Assembly: GCA_965203515.1 (NCBI GenBank)
Contig: OZ241907.1
Coordinates: forward strand, 1,248,001-1,312,000
Source of the DNA: Spirochaetia bacterium
GTDB lineage: Bacteria > Spirochaetota > Spirochaetia > SZUA-6 > Bin103
Reading direction: 5' to 3'
DNA length: 64,000 nt
The notes beneath the pieces were generated by a model. The model saw only the letters and a program-made list of their open reading frames with translations. It was not told where the DNA came from and made no database searches. Below are positions 49,009 through 57,339 of this stretch, piece after piece (within the stretch, counting starts at the first letter, position 1; each line of letters opens with the position of its first letter). The position numbers and the translations under genes are program-made.

Positions 49009-50060
49009 GGGGCCGCTCCCGCGGCCGCCCCGCGCCGTACCTGTCCGCTCCGGACCTGGCCGCGCTGTACCCGGGCGAGCAGCGCGTCGCGCCGCCGGCG
49101 CCACTCATCGCGGACCCGGTCGAGCCGCGGCGGCGGACCGGACTGGGCGATCATCAGCGAGGCGGCGGCCGCCGCGCCGCAGCCTGAGCGCGGCCAATCG
49201 TCGTTCCGGGCATGCCGGCCATGCCGACCGAGCCCGGCCAGCAGCGCACCGCCGAACGCGTTGCCGGCGCCGGTCACGTCGACCGCCGGCGCCGGCCAGG
49301 CCGGGATGCGCCAACACTCCGCCGGACTGCGCGCCAGCAGCGCGCCGGCGGCGCCGAGCCGCAGCGCCACCCCGCCCACCCCGGCCTCAAGCAACCGGGC
49401 GACGATCGCCTGCGGCTCCTGCCGGCCGCACAGGCGGCGGCCTTCGGCGAGGTTGAGCGACACCAGATCGACCTGCGCCAGGCGCGCGGCGACCGCCGGC
49501 CAGCAGTCCGGTTCGGCGGCGGCCGCATGCAGCTCCCACAGCAGCGCGGCGCCGGTCCCGTCGCGCAACGCCGCGGCGCCGCGCCAGAACGCCGCGGCGT
49601 GATCCTGAAAGAGGTAGTAGCCGCGCGCGCCGCGGTAGGCCGGCGGCAGCCGGTCGACGCGCGGCGCCATCCGGGCGAAGTGCTCGCCGCCGAACGCCGG
49701 CGTCTCCGTGCGGGCGTCCTCGGCGCGGTATACCACGTTGCTGCGCGGGGTGCGCCGGCCGCGCCGTTCCAGGCCGGCCGTGTCGACGTCGTTCTCCCGG
49801 AACCAGGCCGCGTGCTCGGAGGCGGGGAAGTCCTCCCCCACCCCGCACGCGATCCCGACCCGCTCGACCGGCCGCGCGGCCAGCCGCAGCCCGGCGGCCG
49901 CGTAGCTGCCGGCACCGCCCAGCGCCCCGCGCCGCCCGCCGCCGTCGGCGAAGCGCAGGTCGTCGATGATGACGTGCGACAACACGACGTAATCGACCCG
50001 CGGCGCGGGTCCGCGGCAGGCGCCGGCCGCCGCCGCAGCCGGTTCATCACGGGCGGGCAA
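49005..50060 (-). CDS. PfkB-family carbohydrate kinase with GAGN motif
   Basis: IIDD...GGAGSYAA, SLNLAE, LRLGAAG, DVTGAGNAFGG; start (TTG 50060) approximate. Confidence 0.82.
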   Translation of the reverse strand: MPARDEPAAAAAGACRGPAPRVDYVVLSHVIIDDLRFADGGGRRGALGGAGSYAAAGLRLAARPVERVGIACGVGEDFPASEHAAWFRENDVDTAGLERRGRRTPRSNVVYRAEDARTETPAFGGEHFARMAPRVDRLPPAYRGARGYYLFQDHAAAFWRGAAALRDGTGAALLWELHAAAAEPDCWPAVAARLAQVDLVSLNLAEGRRLCGRQEPQAIVARLLEAGVGGVALRLGAAGALLARSPAECWRIPAWPAPAVDVTGAGNAFGGALLAGLGRHGRHARNDDWPRSGCGAAAAASLMIAQSGPPPRLDRVRDEWRRRRDALLARVQRGQVRSGQVRRGAAAGAAP

Positions 50061-50099
50061 GCCGGTATCGTATGCGTACGGCCGACGGATGACCAGAGT

Positions 50100-51119
50100 A
50101 TGAGCGACGCTAGCCACGCCCCTCGTCAAGACCCCCGCGCCGCTCCCCCCACTTCGGTGCTCATCGATTGCGACCCGGGCATGGACGACGCGCTGGCGCT
50201 GATCGTCGCGCTCAAGACCGCCTGCCTGCGCGTGCGCGCGGTCACCAGCGTCTCCGGCAATCTGCCGGCCGCGCGCTGCTACCGGAACATCCACGCCATC
50301 CTCCGGCTGATGGGGGTGACCGACCTGCCGACCGGCTGCGGCGCGCCGCAGCCGCTGGTGCGCGAGCTGGCCCACGACCCGTTTTCGCATGGCGCGGACG
50401 GCCTGGGGGAGACCGGGCTGGCCCCGGTCCCGGTCCCGGTCCCGTCCCCGCCCCGCTTCGCGCCCGACCTCCTGGTCGAGCTGGCGCGTCGGCAGGCCGG
50501 CGGCGACGACCCGCTCACCGTGGTGACGCTGGGGCCGCTGACCAACATCGCCCTTGCCCTGCAGATCGAGCCGCGCCTGCCGCAGCTCGTCCGCCGCCTG
50601 ATCATCCTGGGCGGCGCCTTCGGCCTGCAGCGCGAGGCGGCGCTCAACGCCACCGGCGACAATCCGGTCAGCGAGTGGAACGTCTACGTCGACCCGGAAG
50701 CGGCGCGCCGCGTGGTCCACGCCGGCTTCGACCTGGTCGCGGTGGGACTCGACGTCGCGACCCACCACGCCATCCGCCTCATCGCCGCCGACGAAGCCCG
50801 GTTGCGCGCGTCCGACCTGCCGGAGGCTCGCCTGGCGAGCGGCATGCTCGACTTCGTGCTCGGACGCGGCTTCCCGAGCTACTGCGTGCTGATCGACTCC
50901 TGCGCCGTCGCCGCGGCCGCGCGTCCCGATCTGATCGAGACCGTGTCCCTGCACTGCGACGTGGAGACGGCCGGGGAGCTGACGCGCGGGCAGACCGTCG
51001 CCGACATTCGCCGGAACTTCCGCTGGCGGCGCCTGCCGGCGCTGCGGGCCGCGCGCGACGCCGACTTTCCCGCGCTCCGCCGCTTCATCCTCGACACGCT
51101 GCTCGAGACCGGCGCCTGA
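50100..51119 (+). CDS. Nucleoside hydrolase (IU-NH family)
   Basis: DCDPGMDD, HGADGLG, LGPLTNIA, EWNVYVDPEAA, GLDV. Confidence 0.92.
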   Translation: MSDASHAPRQDPRAAPPTSVLIDCDPGMDDALALIVALKTACLRVRAVTSVSGNLPAARCYRNIHAILRLMGVTDLPTGCGAPQPLVRELAHDPFSHGADGLGETGLAPVPVPVPSPPRFAPDLLVELARRQAGGDDPLTVVTLGPLTNIALALQIEPRLPQLVRRLIILGGAFGLQREAALNATGDNPVSEWNVYVDPEAARRVVHAGFDLVAVGLDVATHHAIRLIAADEARLRASDLPEARLASGMLDFVLGRGFPSYCVLIDSCAVAAAARPDLIETVSLHCDVETAGELTRGQTVADIRRNFRWRRLPALRAARDADFPALRRFILDTLLETGA

Positions 51120-51208
51120 CGATCCTCGCCGGGGGCGGCCGAATCCGGCGCCTGCGTGGCGGTGCTGACCACCGGTCGGAACCGGTGCCCATGCTACGCT
51201 CGGTGCGG

Positions 51209-52804
51209 ATGGCGACCATGCGTTCGTTCAACACCGCCGGTCCCGTCAAGCCCGACCGGCACTACTGCATTCCGCCGCTGGCGCGCCTCGACCTGGATCA
51301 GGTCCTGCGCCTGGTGGCGGACGAGAAGTACTTCGTGCTGCATGCGCCGCGCCAGACCGGCAAGACCTCGTCGCTGCTGGCGCTGGCCGAAGCGCTGAAC
51401 GAACGCGGCTACCATTGCGTGTACGTCACCGTGGAAACCGCCCGCACCGCCCGCGACGACGTGGCGCGGGCGATGCGCTCGGTGCTGATCAGGCTGGCGT
51501 CCCAGGCGCGCGCCACGCTGGGTGATCGGTTCCTGGACGGCGCTTGGGCTGAGATTCTCGCCGATTTCGGCCCTGACGAGGCGTTGGGAGAAGCGCTCTC
51601 ACGTTGGGCGGAGGCGGCGCCGCGCCCGCTGGTGCTGTTGATCGATGAGATCGACACGCTGGTCGGCGACTCGCTGCTGGCGGTCCTGCAGCAGCTCCGC
51701 GCCGGCTACCCCGACCGTCCTGAGCGCTTCCCGCAGAGCGTCGTGCTGTGCGGCCTGCGCGACGTGCGCGACTACCGCATCGGCGCAACCGGCAGCCCCT
51801 TCAACATCGCCGCCGCGTCGCTGCGGCTGGGCGACTTCTCGCGCGCCGAGACGCTGGCCCTGCTCGGCCAGCATACCGGGCAGACCGGCCAGCCGTTCGC
51901 GCCGGAGGCGCTGGAGGCGGTCTGGACGCAGACCTGCGGCCAGCCGTGGCTGGTCAACGCGCTGGCCTACGGCGCCTGCTTCGAGAACAAGGCGCTGCGC
52001 GACGACCGTTCACGTCCGGTCACCGCCGCCGCCGTCGCTGCGGTTCGGGAGGAACTCATCATCGATCGGGTGACCCACCTCGATTACCTGGCCGACAAGC
52101 TGCGCGAGGAGCGCGTGCGGCGGGTGATCGAGCCGATGCTGACCGGCGCCGAGCGCTACGCCATCACCGACCGCGACCTGGGCTACGCGCGCGACCTGGG
52201 GCTGCTCGCCCGCGAGGCGCCGGTGCGGATCGCCAATCCGATCTACGCGGAGGTGCTGCCGCGCGAACTGTCGTGGGCGGCGCAGGAGACGCTCGACCTG
52301 TCGCCGCCGCGCTACGTGCGCGCGGACGGCAGCCTGAACGCGGCGTTGCTGCTGGAGGAGTTCCAGAGCTTCTTCCGGCGCCACTCCGAGCACTGGCGCG
52401 ACCGCTTTGCCTACGCGGAGGCGTGGCCGCAGTTGCTGCTGCAGGCGTACCTGCAGCGGGTGGTGAACGGCGGCGGGCGGATCGAGCGGGAGTACGCGCT
52501 GGGGCGGGGGCGGGTCGACCTGCTGATCGTGTGGCCGGTGGGGGAGCAGGCGCTGGCGCAGCGGGCGCAGGAGGTGCGGGTGCAGGAGGTGGTGGTGGAG
52601 TGCAAGGTGGTGCGGGAGCGGGACGGGCTGGAGCGGACCATCGCCGAAGGGGTGGAGCAGACCGCGGGGTACGCGGCGCGGTGCGCGGCGGAGGCGGCGC
52701 ACCTGGTGGTGATCGACTGCCGGGAGGATCGGACCTGGGAGGAGAAGGTATTCCACCACCGGCGCGGCGCCGCGGCGGCGCCGGTCGACGTCTGGGGCAT
52801 GTGA
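51209..52804 (+). CDS. AAA-type ATPase with probable C-terminal PD-(D/E)XK-like domain
   Basis: FNTAGP, HAPRQTGKTS, LIDEID, GQPWLVN, NPIY, REYALGRGRVDL...VECK. Confidence 0.85.
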   Translation: MATMRSFNTAGPVKPDRHYCIPPLARLDLDQVLRLVADEKYFVLHAPRQTGKTSSLLALAEALNERGYHCVYVTVETARTARDDVARAMRSVLIRLASQARATLGDRFLDGAWAEILADFGPDEALGEALSRWAEAAPRPLVLLIDEIDTLVGDSLLAVLQQLRAGYPDRPERFPQSVVLCGLRDVRDYRIGATGSPFNIAAASLRLGDFSRAETLALLGQHTGQTGQPFAPEALEAVWTQTCGQPWLVNALAYGACFENKALRDDRSRPVTAAAVAAVREELIIDRVTHLDYLADKLREERVRRVIEPMLTGAERYAITDRDLGYARDLGLLAREAPVRIANPIYAEVLPRELSWAAQETLDLSPPRYVRADGSLNAALLLEEFQSFFRRHSEHWRDRFAYAEAWPQLLLQAYLQRVVNGGGRIEREYALGRGRVDLLIVWPVGEQALAQRAQEVRVQEVVVECKVVRERDGLERTIAEGVEQTAGYAARCAAEAAHLVVIDCREDRTWEEKVFHHRRGAAAAPVDVWGM

Positions 52805-52882
52805 TTACCCGACGCCAGGATCGATGGCCCTGCTACCCAGGCAGGCCCTCCGGTCGCTGCGGCCCCGCTGCCGGCGTCGCCC

Positions 52883-54367
52883 TTACTCCTCCTCGTCCGC
52901 GATCCGCACCTGCAGCGTCCTGCCTTTCAGCGTCCGGCGCGCCCAGTAGAGGTTCTGGAACTGATCATTGCCGGGCTCCGTCCACTCCGCGATGGCGGTT
53001 GCCCCGGTGCCGCTGCCGCCGGTAATGGTGATGGTGGGGCGCATCGGGTAGCCGCTCCCCCGGTTCGTGATCGTCACCTCGCCGAGCACGGCTATCAATG
53101 CGGAGGTGGCGGATGCCGCTTGGCCGAACACTTGTGAGAAGATAACGGTCGGGGCGGTCGTGTAGCCGTACCCCGGGTCCGTGACCGTCACCGTATCGAC
53201 GGCGCCGGACAGCACCGCGGTGCCCGCCGCCCCGCTGCCGCCGCCGCCCGTAAAGCTGACGGTCGGCACCGTCGCGTAGCCGCTCCCATTGCCCACCACT
53301 GCCACGGAAGCGATGCCGCTCTGCAGCGTCGCGGTGGCGGTGGCGGCCGTGGAGGGACCGCCGCCGCTAAAGGATACGGTCGGGGCCGACGTGTAGCCGC
53401 TCCCCCGGTTCGTGATCGTCACGCCCGTGATGGTACCCGACAGGCTGAGCACCGCGGTGCCGGTCGCCACGTCGGTACCGCTGGCCGGGTTCCCGAAGGT
53501 AACGGTGGGGGAGCTGTTGTAGCCGATCCCATTGTTCGTCATCGTCACGGACAGGACGCCGGTTTGCAGGAACGCTGTGGCGGTCGCCCCGGTGCCCGGC
53601 CCCCCAAAGGCAACGGTCGGGGCCGACGTGTAGCCGCTTCCATGGTTCGTGATATCCACGTCATAGACTTCGCCCTTCAACGCTGCGGTGGCGGCGGGCA
53701 TGGCGCCGCCGGACGGCGGCGCCGAAAAGCTGACGGTCGGGGCGACGCGTGACGCGTAGGTTTGAGCTCCATCGTACGTGACCGTCACGGACCCGACGCC
53801 CATGGACGCCGCCGCGGTGGCGGTGGCCCTGACGCCGCCGGACGGCGGCGCCGAAAAGGCGACGGTCGGGGCGCTCGTGTAGCCGCTCCCCCGGCTCGTG
53901 ACCCTGACCCCGCTGACGAATCCGCCCTCGTCCGACTGGTCCGGGGCCGTGAGCACCAGCACCACCTCGCCCTCCCGGACTTCCGCTTCGACCTTCCACT
54001 CCGCGCCGGAGAGATCGTCCGCGAAGACCGGCCGGTAACTGACGTTCTCGAGCGGCAGGTCCTGCCCGTCGATCGAAACGCGCACCTTGCCGGCGGCGAT
54101 CCGGTCCCAGGCGTACGGCGCGGAACGGTTGGTGGTCTGGATAAACACGTCCGCCTCGTCGCCAAAGTGAGCCACGCTGATCGGCCAGCTCTTCATCGTC
54201 TCCTGCGGCGTCGGCGTCGTCGGCTCATCGCCGCCCGCCGGTCCCGGCGTCGCCGGCGTCTTGGTATCGGGCGCCCGGTCGGTCTGCGGGCACGCCAGCA
54301 GGACGATGGCGGCGACCGCCGCGAGCGCTACGATCCATGTCTTCTTTCTTACCTGACTTCCCAACAA
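52883..54367 (-). CDS. Lipoprotein with 8 GSGYTSAPTV-type repeats (intact paralog of 12710..14429)
   Basis: RBS GGAGAGG, TTG start, lipobox VLLA-C, Pro/Thr linker, shared RVSIDGQ and QNLYWAR segments. Confidence 0.85.
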   Translation of the reverse strand: MLGSQVRKKTWIVALAAVAAIVLLACPQTDRAPDTKTPATPGPAGGDEPTTPTPQETMKSWPISVAHFGDEADVFIQTTNRSAPYAWDRIAAGKVRVSIDGQDLPLENVSYRPVFADDLSGAEWKVEAEVREGEVVLVLTAPDQSDEGGFVSGVRVTSRGSGYTSAPTVAFSAPPSGGVRATATAAASMGVGSVTVTYDGAQTYASRVAPTVSFSAPPSGGAMPAATAALKGEVYDVDITNHGSGYTSAPTVAFGGPGTGATATAFLQTGVLSVTMTNNGIGYNSSPTVTFGNPASGTDVATGTAVLSLSGTITGVTITNRGSGYTSAPTVSFSGGGPSTAATATATLQSGIASVAVVGNGSGYATVPTVSFTGGGGSGAAGTAVLSGAVDTVTVTDPGYGYTTAPTVIFSQVFGQAASATSALIAVLGEVTITNRGSGYPMRPTITITGGSGTGATAIAEWTEPGNDQFQNLYWARRTLKGRTLQVRIADEEE

Positions 54368-54418
54368 GATTCCTCTCCTGTGAGTCGAGCGCGGCCCATG
54401 ACTCCGTCGGCCGGCTGA

Positions 54419-54447
54419 ACGGTAGCACGCGGCCCCAAAGCGGGCAA
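54419..54447 (-). promoter_or_regulatory. Putative sigma70 promoter of repeat lipoprotein copy 2
   Basis: TTGCCC-N17-TACCGT with extended TG; aligns with the promoter at 14506-14534. Confidence 0.55.
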
Positions 54448-54491
54448 CCTCACCCCCCAGACAGACGATGCCGGCGCGCCGCCCCGCCGGA

Positions 54492-55307
54492 TCATGACTC
54501 GATCGCCGCGTCGCCGCGTTTCTCCAGCCAGTCGTACAGGGCCCGGTTCGACTCCCAGTCGAGGTCGAGCATGCAGGTGCCGAGGATGACGGCGCCGTAG
54601 ACCCGCCGCTCGCGGATCAGCTCCTCGCACGCGTCGAGCTGCCGGCGCATGCCGGCGTAGGAGAGCTTCCGCAGGTTGCCGAAGTCGTAGACGTAGATGC
54701 AGGTCAGCAGCGGCTTGCCGCCGGTCAGCCGGCTCAGGCGCTCGGCGTAGCCCGGCAACCGGTCGATGTCCGCGGCGTGCCAGAGCGGATTCAGAAAGCC
54801 GGCGAAGTACGGCAGCAGGGGAAGCTGGCGGTCATCTGCGAGCGACATCTCATAGAACGTGGCCATCAGCGGCAACTGCGGCGGGCGCGCGGCGTTCTCG
54901 AACTGCAGGTCCGCCAGGTGCTTGGGCGTCACGCCGCCGGCGACGCTGCCGGTGCTGAAGTCGTCCAGCAGGAACGACTCGATGCGCGGGTCCCGGGCGG
55001 CGAGCCGCTTGGCTTGCAGCAGGGCGTTCAGGCCCGCGTCGTAGTCGACCCGGGTCGCGCCGTCGACCGTCCGGTGCATCGCCCCCTTGGCGATGATCCG
55101 CCGAGCCGCCGACAGCCCGGCCATCGTCTCCCCGGTCAGCGGCAGGCCCCCGGCGATCAGCACGTTGCGAATCCCGGTCCGCTCGATCGCCTGTTGCGCC
55201 GTCAGCGTCGACGGCTCGTCCCGGAACGGATACGCACGGAGCTCCTGCAGGACGTTCACCGGCATGCCCCACAGCCAGAGATGATCGCGCAGCGTCGAGC
55301 CGCTCAT
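54492..55307 (-). CDS. Hypothetical protein (possible alpha/beta barrel)
   Basis: SD GGAGG, natural amino-acid composition, LWLWG and LLDDF motifs. Confidence 0.7.
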   Translation of the reverse strand: MSGSTLRDHLWLWGMPVNVLQELRAYPFRDEPSTLTAQQAIERTGIRNVLIAGGLPLTGETMAGLSAARRIIAKGAMHRTVDGATRVDYDAGLNALLQAKRLAARDPRIESFLLDDFSTGSVAGGVTPKHLADLQFENAARPPQLPLMATFYEMSLADDRQLPLLPYFAGFLNPLWHAADIDRLPGYAERLSRLTGGKPLLTCIYVYDFGNLRKLSYAGMRRQLDACEELIRERRVYGAVILGTCMLDLDWESNRALYDWLEKRGDAAIES

Positions 55308-55374
55308 AACGGTTACCCTCCGGCGACTATCCTGCCACGGGACCGGCGCTGCGTGCTATACTCCGGCGCCGAGC

Positions 55375-56328
55375 ATGGCCGACAGCATCAGCACGGCCGG
55401 CAGCGTCCGCTCGTGGTCGCCGCTCCGCCGCAAGCTGCACCGTTCCCGGTACCTCTACGTACTGTTCGCCGCGCCGTTCCTCTTCTACGTGCTGTTCGAG
55501 TACGCGCCGATGTACGGCGTGCTGATCGCCTTCAAGGAGATCAAGGTCTTCCGCGGGCTGGGCGCGATGCTCTCCGCCCCCGGCGTCGGCTTCAAGTACT
55601 TCGAGCTCTACCTCTCCGACCCCTACTTCTGGAAGCTGGTGCGCAACACCGTGCTGATCCAGGCGCTCGGCCTGGCGGTCGGCTTCCCGGCCCCGATCGT
55701 CCTGGCGCTGATGCTCAACGAGGTGCGCGTCATCGCGTTCAAGCGCGCCATCCAGTCGATCACCTACCTGCCGCACTTCATCTCGCTGGTGGTGATCTGC
55801 GGCATGATCGTCAACTTCGTCGCCACCGACGGGGTGGTGAACGACTTCCTGGCCTTCCTGGGCCTGCCGCGCACGCCGTTTCTGGTGCGGCCCGAATGGT
55901 TCCGGGCGATCTACGTCGGCAGCGACGTGTGGCAGGACGTCGGCTGGGGAGCGATCATCTACCTGGCCGCCCTGACCACCGTCGATCCGCAGCTCTACGA
56001 GGCGGCCGCCCTCGACGGCGCCGGGCGCTGGCGGCAGCTCCGGCACGTCACCTGGCCCGGCATCCTGCCGACCGTGGTGATCCTGTTCATCCTGGCCCTG
56101 GGGCGGATCATGGACGTCGGCTACCAGAAGATCATCCTGCTCTACACCGGCGCCACCTATGAGACCGCCGACGTCATCGCCACCTTCGTCTACCGCCGCG
56201 GCCTGATCCAGTCCGACTTCTCCTACGCCACCGCGGTGGGGCTGTTCACGTCGGTGATCGGCATCCTGTTCGTGGTCTCGGCCAACCGCATCAGCCGCTC
56301 CCTAGGGGGGGGGGTCAGCCTGTGGTAG
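55375..56328 (+). CDS. Carbohydrate ABC permease
   Basis: YLPHFIS, IIYLAAL, LYEAAALDGA, YATAVGLF. Confidence 0.92.
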   Translation: MADSISTAGSVRSWSPLRRKLHRSRYLYVLFAAPFLFYVLFEYAPMYGVLIAFKEIKVFRGLGAMLSAPGVGFKYFELYLSDPYFWKLVRNTVLIQALGLAVGFPAPIVLALMLNEVRVIAFKRAIQSITYLPHFISLVVICGMIVNFVATDGVVNDFLAFLGLPRTPFLVRPEWFRAIYVGSDVWQDVGWGAIIYLAALTTVDPQLYEAAALDGAGRWRQLRHVTWPGILPTVVILFILALGRIMDVGYQKIILLYTGATYETADVIATFVYRRGLIQSDFSYATAVGLFTSVIGILFVVSANRISRSLGGGVSLW

Positions 56329-57206
56329 GGATCGCCCGCGCCGCCACCGTCGGCGACCGCGCGTTCGACGTCGGCAACGCGCTGCTGCTGGCGACGCTCG
56401 CCTTCATCACGCTCTATCCGCTCTACTACGTGGCGATCGTGTCGCTCTCGAACGGGCACGCGGTGGTGCGGGGCGAGGTCCACTGGTGGCCGGTCGGCAT
56501 CAACCTGCAGTCGTACCGCGCCGTGCTGGAAGCTCCGTACGTGCTCACCTCCTTCCGCAACACCGTGTGGTACACCCTGGTCGGCACCGCGGCGAACGTC
56601 TCGCTGACCGCCTGCTGCGCCTATCCGCTGGCGATGAAGTTCTTCTACGGCCGGCGCTTCCTCACCGCGTTCGTGGTCGCCACCATGTTCTTCAAGGCCG
56701 GGCTGATCCCGATGTACCTGCTGGTGCGCAGCCTGGGCATGCTGGACACCATCTGGGCGCTGGTGCTGCCGACCGCGATCGTCACCTTCAACATGATCGT
56801 CATGCGCACCTTCTTCCAGAACATTCCCGAGGAGCTGAACGACTCGGCCTATCTCGACGGCGCCAACGACATCCAGATCTTCGCGCGCATCGTGCTGCCG
56901 AACTCCAAGCCGATCCTGGCGACGATGACGCTGTGGTACGCCGTGCTGCACTGGAACAGCTTCTTCCCGGCGCTGATCTATCTGAACGATCGGGAACGGT
57001 TTCCCATCCAGCTCATCCTGCGCGCCATGGTGATCGAGGGCGACGTGAGCAACATGCAGGTCGAGTTTCAGGATGACGAGCGGATCGTCGACACCACGGT
57101 GAAGTACGCGATCATCATGGTCTCGACGCTGCCGATCCTGCTCCTCTACCCGTTCCTGCAACGCTACTTCGTCAAGGGTATGATGCTCGGCAGCCTGAAA
57201 GGCTGA
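56322..57206 (+). CDS. Carbohydrate ABC permease
   Basis: ELNDSAYLDGA, WNSFF, YPFLQRYFVKG. Confidence 0.92.
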   Translation: MVGIARAATVGDRAFDVGNALLLATLAFITLYPLYYVAIVSLSNGHAVVRGEVHWWPVGINLQSYRAVLEAPYVLTSFRNTVWYTLVGTAANVSLTACCAYPLAMKFFYGRRFLTAFVVATMFFKAGLIPMYLLVRSLGMLDTIWALVLPTAIVTFNMIVMRTFFQNIPEELNDSAYLDGANDIQIFARIVLPNSKPILATMTLWYAVLHWNSFFPALIYLNDRERFPIQLILRAMVIEGDVSNMQVEFQDDERIVDTTVKYAIIMVSTLPILLLYPFLQRYFVKGMMLGSLKG

Positions 57207-57252
57207 CCGCCGGCTGCCTGAAAGGCTGACGACCGGGAGCCTGAAGGCTGAC
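57191..57252 (+). repeat. Three copies of the palindromic unit GCCTGA(A)AGGCTGAC
   Basis: 57191-57207 (includes the permease stop), 57216-57230, 57238-57252. Confidence 0.85.
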
Positions 57253-57339
57253 CGGCCCGAACCACAGCGCGCCGCCGGTCGCGGCGCACGGACCCCGGCC
57301 GCCGCCGGCCGGACGAATCGACAGGAGGTATCCCCCCAC

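Noticed and set aside
12591..52824. Weak similarity TTACCCG...AGGA downstream of both lipoprotein genes (12591 and 52806)
   Set aside because: Too short and gapped to distinguish from chance.
12710..54367. Diversity-generating retroelement acting on the two lipoproteins
   Set aside because: No reverse transcriptase in the window and no adenine-specific template/variable repeat pair seen.
56305..56314. G10 tract in a permease gene
   Set aside because: In frame and four codons from the stop, so a weak case for phase variation.
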